A stretch of DNA of 64,000 nucleotides from Candidatus Moraniibacteriota bacterium (GCA_038208115.1 JBBQZC010000002.1:55233-119232), one strand, 5' to 3'; numbered from the stretch's first letter, positions 51,788 to 62,688 are shown. Numbers and translations: made by a program. Notes: generated by a model from the sequence alone, not told the origin.

Positions 51788-53563
51788 TCAACTTTGTCTT
51801 TTTCCGTGCAAAAGCATGTCAACTGCATGTTGCATGGACCCTGCCGACGTGATTTCACCTGCATTCACAAAGAATATTTTATTGGCGTTTTCGATTGTAT
51901 TGAGTCGGTGTGCAATAATAACTCTTGTTGTTTCTTTCGGCAATTTATTAATGATTTCTTCCAGTAACTGCTCCGTGACTGTGTCAATATTTGCTGTCGC
52001 TTCATCTAAAATCAAAATATCGGGTTTACGCAAAACTGCCCGAATAAAAGCAATCAATTGTTTTTGACCGAGACTGATTGCATCTCCACTTGAAACGACA
52101 TTAGTATCAATGCCTTCAGAAAATAGCAAAAGCAATTTCGATAGTTGCGCTTTTTCTAATACATGCTCCAACTCAATATTTGTGTATTCCTGACATTCCT
52201 CATTGCCATATAGTATATTTTCACGAACCGTGCCATTAAATAAGAATGGTTCCTGCGATATAAATCCAATCTTTTTTACGCGTTGATCAGACTCCCAGCA
52301 ACGAATATCTTTGCCCTCCAGATAAATCGTTCCCTCAGCCGGATCATAAAGACGCGCCATCAGAGATGCTGTCGTTGTTTTCCCACCACCCGTCGGTCCG
52401 ACCAAAGCATATGTCTTCCCTTTTTCAAGTGTAAAACTAATATTTTTCAAAATATCTTTTCCTTTTTCATAACTGAAAAATACATTTTTAAATTCCAGGA
52501 CGGCATTATTTGAAGAAGGCTTTTCCGCCATTTCTTTTGGCATCATTCTAACATCTGATTCAAGATTCAATACCTCCGAAATGCGGTCAAGTCCAGCCAG
52601 CGCCAGCTGGAGCGACGGCCACACAGATGCAAGTTGTCTGAGTGGATGATAGAAATTGTTAACATAAAGCAAAAATCCAATAAGTAGTCCAACGGTAAAT
52701 TGACCCAGGGATATCAAATAGATACCGTAAGCCAAAACTGCTAACTGAGCCAATAATGAGGCCAGTACGTAAATGGGATTAAATATATTACTAGCAATGC
52801 CAGCGGAAATTGAGGCGGAATAATTCATTTCATTCGCTTCTTTAAATTTATTTCGAAAATAATCTAGACGATTAAAAACCACAATCACCTTGAAATTATT
52901 GATGCTTTCCTGAATTTCTCCGCTCATACCTCCTAACGCCCGGAGACTCTTAAGACTAGTACGCCTTACCCACGGACTGAGTAATTGTGTTGCAACTAAA
53001 GCTAAAGCTGCCGGCACAAGTGCAATAAGACCAAGACGTGGATTAATAACAATAATAAAAATCCCCGTGCCAACGATAAGTATAATGTTGCCTAAAAATT
53101 GCATCAATGCCTGTGAGAAAAACTGATTAAGCTTGTCAGTATCATTGTTTATGCGAGAGATGAGATCGCCAGCTTTATTTTGATTAAAAAAAGTCACTGG
53201 TAATTCCTGCAGTTTTTCAAATATTTTATTACGTAAACTAAAAAGCAAACGCCTGCCAACGCCTCCCATAGTTATAATCTGTATATAGCTTGAAATGAGT
53301 CCGACAATAAAAATAAATGCCAAAAGTCCCGAAAGAAGTAAAACTCCGTGAAAATTTTTTCCGACGATATATACATCAACGATTTGTGCGATAATAATCG
53401 GTCCAACAAGCGAAACAGCAGAACTTACCAATATCGCTATTATTGCAATTGTTACCGGACGTTTTTCCTCCGCCATCAAAGGCACAATCCGACGCCATGC
53501 TGTGATCAATACACCTTTTTGCTTTTCTTTTTCTATGTCGGGTTTAGTCAGAGAGTAATCCAT
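51788..53563 (-). CDS. Heterodimeric ABC exporter subunit (TM288-like)
   Basis: TMD plus NBD; GPTGGGKTT, ISLGQ, LILDEATA, H-loop. Confidence 0.92.
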   Translation of the reverse strand: MDYSLTKPDIEKEKQKGVLITAWRRIVPLMAEEKRPVTIAIIAILVSSAVSLVGPIIIAQIVDVYIVGKNFHGVLLLSGLLAFIFIVGLISSYIQIITMGGVGRRLLFSLRNKIFEKLQELPVTFFNQNKAGDLISRINNDTDKLNQFFSQALMQFLGNIILIVGTGIFIIVINPRLGLIALVPAALALVATQLLSPWVRRTSLKSLRALGGMSGEIQESINNFKVIVVFNRLDYFRNKFKEANEMNYSASISAGIASNIFNPIYVLASLLAQLAVLAYGIYLISLGQFTVGLLIGFLLYVNNFYHPLRQLASVWPSLQLALAGLDRISEVLNLESDVRMMPKEMAEKPSSNNAVLEFKNVFFSYEKGKDILKNISFTLEKGKTYALVGPTGGGKTTTASLMARLYDPAEGTIYLEGKDIRCWESDQRVKKIGFISQEPFLFNGTVRENILYGNEECQEYTNIELEHVLEKAQLSKLLLLFSEGIDTNVVSSGDAISLGQKQLIAFIRAVLRKPDILILDEATANIDTVTEQLLEEIINKLPKETTRVIIAHRLNTIENANKIFFVNAGEITSAGSMQHAVDMLLHGKRQS

Positions 53564-53566
53564 ATA

Positions 53567-55333
53567 TTATTTTTCACTACTTAATTCATACTGGTTAGTA
53601 CTTCTTTGTGACTGATATATCTGGACATATTCAGGTGAAGACTGCAATAATTGCTCATGAGTACCTTTGGCCAACAATTCACCTTCCATCAAAAGAATAA
53701 TCTGGTCATAATGTTCAACGGAGGAAATTTTCTGTGTAACTGACAAAAGAGTAAGTTTAGCATAATTTTCGGAGATATTGTTCAGAATTTTTCTTTCCGT
53801 GTTAGCGTCGACGCGCGCAGTAAAATCGTCCAACAGTAATATCTTGGGATTCAGCGCCAGCGCACGTGCTAACATAATACGCTGTTTTTGTCCGCCCGAA
53901 AGACTTGATCCTCTTTCTGACACTATAGTATCCAATTTTTGTGATAAGGTATCAATATAATCTGCAAGTTCAGCTGTCGTTATCGCTTTTTTCACATTCT
54001 CATCTTTAGTTGTATTGCTGAAGGCGATATTTTCTCGCAAACTCAAATTAAATATGACACTATCCTGAAAAATAAGCCCAACTTGGCTATGCAAATTCTC
54101 TTTATCGTATTCATTAATGGCTTTATCATCAAAATAAATTTCACCTGATGTAGGTGACAAAAGCCCCGCAAGCAAATACAATAATTGCGTTTTGCCAGCA
54201 GCTGTCGGCCCAATGATTGCTGTTTTACTCCCAGCTTTTATTGAAAAAGAAACATCCTTGAGTGCCAATTTTCCTCCAAAATTCACTGTTACATTCCTCA
54301 CTTCAATATTTCCTTTCAAAGTCGCTTTAAATCCTCCCGTTTTCTTTTCAATGGGAGCATTCAGAACCTGTAAAATACGACCATAGGAAGCTTGTGCTTG
54401 AGCGATTAAATTACTAATAAATCCGAGAATGATGATCGGAAATATAAGAATGGCCAGATAACTATTAAAGGCGGTGAAATTACCCAGCGACATAGACCCT
54501 TGAATGACAAAATGTCCCCCAAGCATTACTATGGCAAGTGTCGCCAAATTAGTAAAAAAGAAAATGACTGGTATAAGAGTAGAGAACAATTTTAATATTT
54601 CAAAGCTAATATTTTTTGCCTCAGTATTCGCAAAGAAGAATTTTTTACCTTCATATTTCTGTGAATTCAGCAAGCGAATAAGAGCTGCGCCCAAAATATT
54701 TTCACTTATAACCCTGTTGAGCCAATCTATCGCTTCTTGAGATCGCATGAAGAGTTTGCGAACTTTTTTCAGAACAACAAAGAAAGCACCGCCAATAATT
54801 GGCATAACCGAAAGCACCGCCAGCGCCAATTTCCAATCAGTAAGTAAAAGAAGAACTGAAACACCTACAATCAAAAAGGCGGACGAAATAATAGATGAAA
54901 TAGCCGTTGATACAAATGTTTTTATTGCATCCACATCTGAAGTTAAATTAGTTAAAATCTTAGCTGGTGTGACAGTTTCGATATAAGAATACGGCTGCAC
55001 TGATATTTTTGCCACAATATCATTTCTCATGTCCTTGGCAACTTTTTCGGAAGCATATACCTGCACGATATTTTGCAGATAAGTGAAGACGAAAATAAGT
55101 AATGCAATAATACAAAATTCAACGACAAGATGCATAATGATAAAATTGCCATTTGTGTACGTATCAATAGCGACCGCGATAATTTTTGGGACAGAAATGC
55201 TCAATCCATTAGCAATAATGGTAAGAACCACAAGAACAACGATTATTCCTATATATCTGCGCATTAAACCAAATAAACTTGGCACCGATACATTTGCATT
55301 ATTTTGATCCGTAATTTTCTTTTGTTCTTGCAT
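53567..55333 (-). CDS. Heterodimeric ABC exporter subunit (TM287-like)
   Basis: TMD plus NBD; GPTAAGKT, LSGGQ, degenerate Walker B LLLDD, Q in place of the H-loop His. Confidence 0.92.
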   Translation of the reverse strand: MQEQKKITDQNNANVSVPSLFGLMRRYIGIIVVLVVLTIIANGLSISVPKIIAVAIDTYTNGNFIIMHLVVEFCIIALLIFVFTYLQNIVQVYASEKVAKDMRNDIVAKISVQPYSYIETVTPAKILTNLTSDVDAIKTFVSTAISSIISSAFLIVGVSVLLLLTDWKLALAVLSVMPIIGGAFFVVLKKVRKLFMRSQEAIDWLNRVISENILGAALIRLLNSQKYEGKKFFFANTEAKNISFEILKLFSTLIPVIFFFTNLATLAIVMLGGHFVIQGSMSLGNFTAFNSYLAILIFPIIILGFISNLIAQAQASYGRILQVLNAPIEKKTGGFKATLKGNIEVRNVTVNFGGKLALKDVSFSIKAGSKTAIIGPTAAGKTQLLYLLAGLLSPTSGEIYFDDKAINEYDKENLHSQVGLIFQDSVIFNLSLRENIAFSNTTKDENVKKAITTAELADYIDTLSQKLDTIVSERGSSLSGGQKQRIMLARALALNPKILLLDDFTARVDANTERKILNNISENYAKLTLLSVTQKISSVEHYDQIILLMEGELLAKGTHEQLLQSSPEYVQIYQSQRSTNQYELSSEK

Positions 55334-55345
55334 AAAAAATTTTTA

Positions 55346-55786
55346 TTATTTCTTAGCAGTTTGACTCCCTGCTATTTTATCAAGCAAATTACAATAGACT
55401 GTAAATTCATCATCTGTTAATATATCAAAAACTTGCTCCATGCGCTGAATGCGTTTGTTGCGGAGATTCTCCATACGCTTTTTACTTCTACTTGAAAGTG
55501 AAAGATTGAGTGCCCGCCTGTCATTACTGTTCGCTTTTTTGTTTATATATCCTTTCTGAACAAGGGGTTCAACGAGTTGGGTTGCCGCGCTGGAAGTTAT
55601 GCTGAGAGTTTGTGATATTCCTTTGATAGTCGCACCTTCGTTTTTCCGTAAATGCTGCAAAACAAGCCATTGAGAAGCAGTAATCTGGCCACCTTTCAGA
55701 TGACAAGTATCATTTGAAAGCATTTTGCATTTCAATATCTGAATATCTTCAAGCAATTTTTCTATCTGTATTTTGCGTTGCATCAT
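55346..55786 (-). CDS. MarR-family regulator
   Basis: ITASQW, SAATQLVEPL, DRR; TAAG-N3-CTTA inverted repeat upstream near 55805. Confidence 0.88.
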   Translation of the reverse strand: MMQRKIQIEKLLEDIQILKCKMLSNDTCHLKGGQITASQWLVLQHLRKNEGATIKGISQTLSITSSAATQLVEPLVQKGYINKKANSNDRRALNLSLSSRSKKRMENLRNKRIQRMEQVFDILTDDEFTVYCNLLDKIAGSQTAKK

Positions 55787-56314
55787 AAGGTGTTTAATTT
55801 TATGTAAGTATCTTAACTAATTATAGTACGTTTGTCAACCAAAAAAATGAATACAAATCAATGTAGTATAACAAAAATAAGATTGCTTAAGTCTTATTTT
55901 TGTGGTATGAAAAATTTGAAAAAATCTATGTACAGCAACCCCACATGGAGAGCAAATCTCCCCCAGCACAAGCCACAGTGCGAAAGCATAATGCGGTTTT
56001 AGTTCTTTAAAAATAGAAGAAAATCCGATATGTTGAAAATAGAATATTTTTATTAAAACGATCGAAATTACTAACCTAGACAATTCCCATAGCACACAAT
56101 CCGATTCCAAAGATTTAAAAAATTTGTGCGTCAGTCATTTTATGTTCTTTAATTGAGCATAAAATCAATCCCTCTTCATTATTTCAGTACAGCACGACAA
56201 TTAACAGTCAAAAAAACAGAGAAAGCAAATAACCATTTTTATTTAATATCGACAAAGGTATTTCTTTTTATGATTTAACACTTAATCCCACAAAAGGACG
56301 CTATCAGAATCTGC

Positions 56315-56797
56315 TTACTCTCTACTATGTATATTTTTTAAATATACATATTCGTGCAAAGTAAGAATAATAACAACCACATCCATAATTGTTAAAAATA
56401 TTAAGAAAATTGAACCAGTAATACTATACTTATATACTTGATAAAAGATAAAAAAACCGAAGATTATCATAGCTAATGGATATGCCCAAAGTTTCTTTTT
56501 TAAAAGATTGAAAACTAAAAAGAGCTTAATAATACCGTGACTAAGAAGATAAAAAGCTGCAAAATGTTGCGTGTTTATATTTAATTGTTCGACCAAAGAA
56601 TAGAGGTGCGTTGCAATAAAATCATTTGGGTCTTCAATTATTTCATTTTGTATTAAATAATATATTGTTTTAGTGATAAATTGCTGGGAAACAAAAAGAA
56701 GGATGAGACCACCTATAATTTCTATTATTGAATTTATTCCCTTTAAAATAATACTTATTTCAAATGCCAAATAGATTTTTTTTTCTTCAATTTTCAT
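56315..56797 (-). CDS. DUF2127-like membrane protein
   Basis: SIILKG...EIIGG...EDPND...YLLSHGIIK...WAYP. Confidence 0.8.
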   Translation of the reverse strand: MKIEEKKIYLAFEISIILKGINSIIEIIGGLILLFVSQQFITKTIYYLIQNEIIEDPNDFIATHLYSLVEQLNINTQHFAAFYLLSHGIIKLFLVFNLLKKKLWAYPLAMIIFGFFIFYQVYKYSITGSIFLIFLTIMDVVVIILTLHEYVYLKNIHSRE

Positions 56798-57352
56798 AAA
56801 CTAATTTCTTTACTTTAATTATACAATAAAAAACAGTGACATCCTACTCAATGTATAATAAATAGAGCTTACAAAAACTCCTAAATTCCTTGCTTTACAT
56901 CTTAAATGATATTCACATTCTTATAATTAAGGAGGGAAAAATAATCAATAATCCTCTCTTAAAATTTAATCTGTAGGACAGACTTCTGATGCTCAAATTT
57001 TTTGATTTCTTCTGAAAAAAACTTTGGCATACAAACCATTCCCGATTACGTCTCGCCTTTTTTCACATCAATCTTTTGATATGAATTTGCCACAACTTTT
57101 TTATTCCTCCCCCACCATAGCATAGCTGAATTTAGAAGATATATTATTAGATTCTTGCAAGACACGCCCGTTATTTTTTGAAAGTTCTGAAGTAAATGAA
57201 AAATGATAGATCATAAACTTTTTAGCTCAGAACTGCCGCCTGTCTGGTAAAAGTCTATTTTTTGACTTGTGTTATCCCGTTCAATGTAATTGTAGAAACT
57301 ATTCATCAACCTTTAGGACTCCGCTAGATAGACGACGTTAGAATCTGTTTGA

Positions 57353-57976
57353 CTATTTAATAGCTTTGCAACTAGGCCCATAGATATCAGAAATACAATT
57401 ATATATGTTTTTACTATCTTTTACTTGATTATCATCGATGACTTCAATTGAGTTAATATCTATATTAGCCACTATAATGTCTTCGTAATATAAGTTATTT
57501 TTATCTTTGGTAAATTTTCCATTCAATTTTTCAAAGGTGTTAGAGTCTGCATTTTTAATTATTTTATCGCCTCCTTTTTGATATGCATAATAAATATAAT
57601 TTTTATCTTTTAAAAATCCATCTCCTAGATCTATCAAAGAAAGCGTGTCTGCTGGGTGTTTTTTATAAAGACAATCTTGTCCACAGAAAGGTTTATAATA
57701 GACACCGTTTTTATCTTTTATAAAACAGGAATTAAGAACTTCAAATGTTTTAGGGTCAAGTTTGATTAAATCTTCTTCTGGCAAACAATCATTACTTTGA
57801 TACACCCCGTTGTTATCTTTTGAAAATTCTTCATTTATTACAATTCTATCTTCTTTAATATTCGCTTGTTCTGTCGGCGGAATATTTTTATTACTTAACA
57901 AAAAAAATAATCCAATTATTATTGCAATAATTAAAACTGTTCCTATTCCAACGATACTTTGTATTTTTTTATTCAT
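57353..57976 (-). CDS. DKNYY-family membrane-anchored protein
   Basis: Repeats KDKNGVYY, KDKNYIYY, KDKNNLYY. Confidence 0.82.
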   Translation of the reverse strand: MNKKIQSIVGIGTVLIIAIIIGLFFLLSNKNIPPTEQANIKEDRIVINEEFSKDNNGVYQSNDCLPEEDLIKLDPKTFEVLNSCFIKDKNGVYYKPFCGQDCLYKKHPADTLSLIDLGDGFLKDKNYIYYAYQKGGDKIIKNADSNTFEKLNGKFTKDKNNLYYEDIIVANIDINSIEVIDDNQVKDSKNIYNCISDIYGPSCKAIK

Positions 57977-58030
57977 TTTTATTTCTATTAATATCTTATA
58001 TTAAATTCTACCATACTCTCTCAAAAATTT

Positions 58031-58567
58031 TGTACTGTTGCATAGTCAAGGTTACTTTTTGAGGAATTACTGTATTAATATTACTTAATGATAAAAACAA
58101 TGTAGATGCAATCTTTTGAGCTGGCATCATTCTATTCATACCATACCCACCATGTCTTCTGTGTGTATTGTAATAGTGGAGCCATTGCTGATATTTGTAT
58201 TCGATTGTTTCTATGGGATCATGAAATGAGATATATCTGTGAAAGAATTCTTTTTTCATGGTTCTATGATATCTTTCTATTTTACCATTTTGTTGTGGAC
58301 AATAGGGATCATTGCTTGCGAGTTTTCTTTGTCTGCCGAACGGATAACATGCATCCATTTGCAATTCTCTGCCTGGTGTATCAAGGCAATAGAGCTTTGG
58401 TTTTTCTTTTACCCACCTCTTGTATTCATGTGTGTATCTGATCTTTTCTCTTTTTAATATTCTGTATATGGTTGATGCATGAATTGTGATGTTGTATATG
58501 TCGTACAGCTTATCTGCCAACGGTTGTGGACCGTCATAAGGTAACCCTAATTGCTGCAATTGTAACA
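58031..58567 (-). mobile_element. Internally deleted IS481-family element
   Basis: STIYRILKR, PGRELQMD, PQQNGKIERYHRT, YN..RRH; imperfect terminal IRs TGTACTGTTGCA..GGTTAC and TGTTACAATTGCA..GGTTAC. Confidence 0.75.
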
Positions 58568-58670
58568 GGCGATGTCAAGGATAAGAAACAAAAAAAGGCT
58601 TCCAAAAGCCCTAGATTTGCACTTACTCTCTCTAGTTGGTATGTTCATAACTTTTGATCTGAAAAAATAT

Positions 58671-58739
58671 TTATGAAAATCGAGGACCGTCCTTGATTGT
58701 TAGTTCTATAGCCCAGCTTCCTTGTACATACTGATGCAT
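58671..58739 (-). CDS. Micro-ORF, 22 aa (or truncated gene) with full expression signals
   Basis: MHQYVQGSWAIELTIKDGPRFS*; TTGACA-16-TATAAT at 58784-58811, SD GGGAGGTG, terminator near 58590-58611. Confidence 0.45.
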   Translation of the reverse strand: MHQYVQGSWAIELTIKDGPRFS

Positions 58740-58812
58740 ACCACACCTCCCACAATGTGTTTAAGTGAACAGAACAAATATAAATTATACAATAGAGAGC
58801 ACAGATGTCAAT

Positions 58813-60033
58813 CTATTCGTATCGCAATGCGTGAATTGGATTAAGTTTTGCTGCACGTTGTGCAGGATAATACCCAAAAACGATACCAATAACGGCAGAA
58901 ACACTAAATGAGAGTATAATCGAGAAATGAGACACTTGCGTTGATGTGATGCCAAAATGATCCAATCCGTACGAAATCGTAACGCCAAGAAAAATACCAA
59001 TCATACCACCGAGAAATGTGAGCACAATGGATTCAAGAAGAAATTGCTGCTTAATATCTTTTTGACCCGCGCCAATCGCCTTACGCAACCCAATCTCACG
59101 CGTACGCTCTGTGACGGTTGTCAACATCATATTCATGATTCCAATGCCCCCAACCACAAGCGAGATGCCCGCAACAGCACCCAACAGTATGGTCATCGTA
59201 CCTGTCACCGATGACGTCATCGCAATAATGTCTGCTTGATTGCGAATATTAAAATCCGCATCATCTGCATTGGCAATCTTATGTTGTGTAAGCAGTAACG
59301 CCGTGATTTCATCTTCTGCTATTGTCATCTGATCTTGTTCGGCAATATTTACACTAATCGACGAAAGATATGCATCACCAGCAAAATATTGTTGATATGT
59401 GGACAACGGCATATATACTGCATCATCACTGCTTCCAAAACCACTACCGCCCTTTGCATCTGGCACACCAATAATTGTAAAGTTCAATCCGCCAATGCGA
59501 ATTTTTTGTCCCACAACATTAACATCCGCACCAAAGATCTCATCGCGCATGTCCGGACCAATGACAACAACCTTTGCACGTTTTTTTTCATGTACATCAC
59601 TGATGAATGCACCTGATGCAACCGTAATATTATTCACCTGGGCATACGCCTCCGTCACACCACTAATCGATGCATTGGCATTATTTCCATTGGCAATAAT
59701 CTGCTCATTACCAGACACAGTCGGCGCAACCGCTGCAACACGATCGATTTTTTCCGTAATCGCCGTTGCATCATCCAGTGTCAATGATTGCGTAGTACCA
59801 CTGCTGCGTGCACCACCACCAAAACTTCGCTGTTGTCCAGGCTGTATCGTGAGCAGATTTGAACCGACTGACTGAATACTTGCCTCGATTGCTTTTTGTG
59901 ATCCCGTACCAATTGCAATCATCACAATCACAGATGCAATCCCGATCACAATACCCAAAATCGTCAATCCCGTACGCACTTTATTCGCCGTAATTGATAT
60001 GTAAATTTCTGTAAAAAGATCTGATACTAACAT
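58813..60033 (-). CDS. MacB-like ABC permease
   Basis: LTILGIVIG, VGGIGIMN, ERTREIGLRKAIGA, PAQRAAKLNPI. Confidence 0.92.
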   Translation of the reverse strand: MLVSDLFTEIYISITANKVRTGLTILGIVIGIASVIVMIAIGTGSQKAIEASIQSVGSNLLTIQPGQQRSFGGGARSSGTTQSLTLDDATAITEKIDRVAAVAPTVSGNEQIIANGNNANASISGVTEAYAQVNNITVASGAFISDVHEKKRAKVVVIGPDMRDEIFGADVNVVGQKIRIGGLNFTIIGVPDAKGGSGFGSSDDAVYMPLSTYQQYFAGDAYLSSISVNIAEQDQMTIAEDEITALLLTQHKIANADDADFNIRNQADIIAMTSSVTGTMTILLGAVAGISLVVGGIGIMNMMLTTVTERTREIGLRKAIGAGQKDIKQQFLLESIVLTFLGGMIGIFLGVTISYGLDHFGITSTQVSHFSIILSFSVSAVIGIVFGYYPAQRAAKLNPIHALRYE

Positions 60034-60038
60034 AATGA

Positions 60039-60761
60039 TTATGCAATTTTATTATCAACACGAATTACAGATGTTATTGCTTTATTTTGACGATCCTCAA
60101 CCATCTCACCATCCCGAATCACGATTGTGCGATCCGCAAATGCCGCAACATCATCCTCATGCGTGATCAAAATGATGGTACGTCCCTGCTCACGATTTAA
60201 CCGTTTAAATGTTTCCAAAACAAAATGACCTGTTTTTGTGTCCAAATTTCCCGTTGGTTCATCAGCCAAGATGATTGACGGATCATTAACAAATGCACGA
60301 GCAATTGCAACACGTTGCATTTGTCCGCCCGAGATCTCATTAGAATAATGTTCCCACCGATCTTCGGCGAGATGCACTGCACGCAACGCATTTTGTGCAC
60401 GCACAAGACGTTCTTTCGGTGGCACATCCGCATAGATCAGTGGCAACATCACATTGCGCAATACTGTTGCACGTGGCAAAAGATTAAATGCCTGAAAAAC
60501 AAAACCAATTTTATTTTTTCTAATCTGTGTCAATTCTTCTTCTGACAACTGTGAAACATCCTGCCCACCAAGTGTGTATGTGCCCTCTGTCGGCGAGTCC
60601 AATGCTCCGAGAATATGCATAAGCGTTGACTTACCGCTGCCAGACGGTCCCATGATTGCCACAAATTCTCCATCCTCAATGGTAAATGACACACCATTTA
60701 ACGCCGTTGTTTTGGTATTACCTGTGCCATACGTTTTTGTGATATTTTTACATATAATCAT
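60039..60761 (-). CDS. ABC ATPase (MacB/LolD type)
   Basis: [25 protein letters not shown]. Confidence 0.93.
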   Translation of the reverse strand: MIICKNITKTYGTGNTKTTALNGVSFTIEDGEFVAIMGPSGSGKSTLMHILGALDSPTEGTYTLGGQDVSQLSEEELTQIRKNKIGFVFQAFNLLPRATVLRNVMLPLIYADVPPKERLVRAQNALRAVHLAEDRWEHYSNEISGGQMQRVAIARAFVNDPSIILADEPTGNLDTKTGHFVLETFKRLNREQGRTIILITHEDDVAAFADRTIVIRDGEMVEDRQNKAITSVIRVDNKIA

Positions 60762-60783
60762 AAAGATAGCATTGTCTCATTTA

Positions 60784-61905
60784 TTAATTTCTTCGTCCAC
60801 TACTCGGTCCACTCATCGGCATAATCGATCCTGCACTAGATGATTTTTTTGCAGTGCCCTGCGCAGATGGAGTTGTGCTCCCGACGACGACCTCTTGACC
60901 TTCACTCACACCACTTATAACTTCGATAATTACATCATCACTCAATCCCGTCTCGACTGATACGCGCTTTGTTTCTCCTGTAGATTCTTTGATCATTACA
61001 AAAGATACCTTATCGCGGCCACTCTTAATCGCTTCTGCCGGCACTGTTACAACATCTTTGACTTCATTGATCACAATTTCAGCTGACACGCTCATGCCCG
61101 GCTTCAATAACTCACTCGGTGAATCAAATGCAATCTCCACATCATATGTCACAACACCCTGATCTACAACACCGATTGTATCTACTTTTGACACAACACC
61201 AGTTGCTTCCACGCCATCAAGTGCGTCAAATGTCAGCGATACAACATTACCATTTTTTACTTGTGCGGCATCCACCTCATTGAGCGCAATGACCGCATGT
61301 ACTTTTTGTGTGATCACGGATGCCAAGATCTCATCACGCGCAATCGAATCACCTGTACTCACATCCAATCCAGTCACAATACCATCAAATGGTGCACGAA
61401 TATAATAGTCTTCCAAATCACTGTATGCATTACTCAATGACAATTGATCTTGTGCCAAAGAAACTTCTTTGAGTTGACGCATATATTTATCATCTTCTGT
61501 CTGTTTGTCATATTCTTTTTGTGTTTGTTTCAATTGAATTTCTGACGAACGAACAAGAAGAACTGATTTTTGAATATCCTTTTGAATGTCCGTTGCGTCA
61601 AGTACAGCAATCAAGTCACCCTTTGACACTTGTTGATCGTTTGTCACGGTAACTTCCACAACATCCAATCCATCACCCGCCACTTGTGGTTGCAGATCAA
61701 CCTGATCATCCGCATACACTTGACCAGTACCACTCACTGTTACCGAAATATCTCCACGCTCAGCCATTGCTGTCGTCTGCACAACTTGCATATTTGCATC
61801 GGTATTATTCTTGTTTATATAATAAATTGCCCCACTGGCACAACATATAATAATAATAATGATCCACCACTTATATTTTTTGATTCTGCTCATTATCTGA
61901 CTCAT
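60784..61905 (-). CDS. MacA-like periplasmic adaptor
   Basis: TM, IRAPFDG, LKPGMS, VETG. Confidence 0.9.
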   Translation of the reverse strand: MSQIMSRIKKYKWWIIIIIICCASGAIYYINKNNTDANMQVVQTTAMAERGDISVTVSGTGQVYADDQVDLQPQVAGDGLDVVEVTVTNDQQVSKGDLIAVLDATDIQKDIQKSVLLVRSSEIQLKQTQKEYDKQTEDDKYMRQLKEVSLAQDQLSLSNAYSDLEDYYIRAPFDGIVTGLDVSTGDSIARDEILASVITQKVHAVIALNEVDAAQVKNGNVVSLTFDALDGVEATGVVSKVDTIGVVDQGVVTYDVEIAFDSPSELLKPGMSVSAEIVINEVKDVVTVPAEAIKSGRDKVSFVMIKESTGETKRVSVETGLSDDVIIEVISGVSEGQEVVVGSTTPSAQGTAKKSSSAGSIMPMSGPSSGRRN

Positions 61906-61956
61906 TAGTTCTCATATAAAAAATTAACCATTATATACTTCTCTGTATGTTATTAT

Positions 61957-61984
61957 AATACGTATAAACCATAAATAGTTTGCA
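61957..61984 (-). promoter_or_regulatory. ECF sigma-type promoter
   Basis: TGCAAAC-N15-CGTATT. Confidence 0.65.
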
Positions 61985-62068
61985 CAAAACAGATCCTCGA
62001 CATTTTTTGCCGAGGATCTGTGCCATTTCATTCAGATATCAATACAATAATATATACAGTGACCAATC

Positions 62069-62584
62069 CTATTTGAGCTCAGAAGGCCCGCGATTACCAT
62101 TAAACCCACCGCGATGTCCGCCTTTGTTACCAACAAGATATTTCTCATCGATACCATTGTCTTGTGCCCACTGTGTCATCTCGCTGCGATGTTTCTCCAT
62201 CTTTTGACGCATCTCATCGCGCGTAAGACTTGTGTCTGCAGTGCGTTGCACATCACGATCCAATCGCCATTGTACATTTTTATCAATGATTAGTTGTTTT
62301 TGTTCCTGCGTTAACGCCCCATCAGCAACCGCTTGCGTGAGAATTTCCTCATGTTGTGCGGTTCGCTCTTGTTTGCGTTCTTGATGTGCTTCTTCAAAGA
62401 AACTCTTTACCGCATCTTCGTTGAGATTGAACTTTTCAACAATCTTTGCAATGAGTGAATCATTGCGTGATCCGACCGCATCAGATGATTCCTGCGCAAG
62501 CGCAGTGTGTCCGCCGATGACAGCTCCACCAAGTGCAAGTGACAATGCAATTACCGAGATCACTACTTTGTTCTGTTCATTCAT
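62069..62584 (-). CDS. Secreted helical hypothetical protein
   Basis: Signal peptide ending ALA; AVADGALTQEQ; terminator at 61989-62021. Confidence 0.75.
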   Translation of the reverse strand: MNEQNKVVISVIALSLALGGAVIGGHTALAQESSDAVGSRNDSLIAKIVEKFNLNEDAVKSFFEEAHQERKQERTAQHEEILTQAVADGALTQEQKQLIIDKNVQWRLDRDVQRTADTSLTRDEMRQKMEKHRSEMTQWAQDNGIDEKYLVGNKGGHRGGFNGNRGPSELK

Positions 62585-62660
62585 AATTGTTTATTGTTAG
62601 TGTAATTAATGCAGATCACAAAAAATATGCTAGCGTGTATTCTTCGTAGTCGCATCAGTA

Positions 62661-62688
62661 TATACGATCTGTCACATAAATGTTTGCA
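62661..62688 (-). promoter_or_regulatory. ECF sigma-type promoter
   Basis: TGCAAAC-N15-CGTATA. Confidence 0.65.

Noticed and set aside
51788-55333. Degenerate Walker B and signature motifs as inactivation
   Set aside because: Normal asymmetry of heterodimeric TM287/288-type exporters
56960-57345. attC-like site after the DKNYY gene
   Set aside because: TTCTAAC has no matching GTTRRRY or extended palindrome; no integron integrase seen
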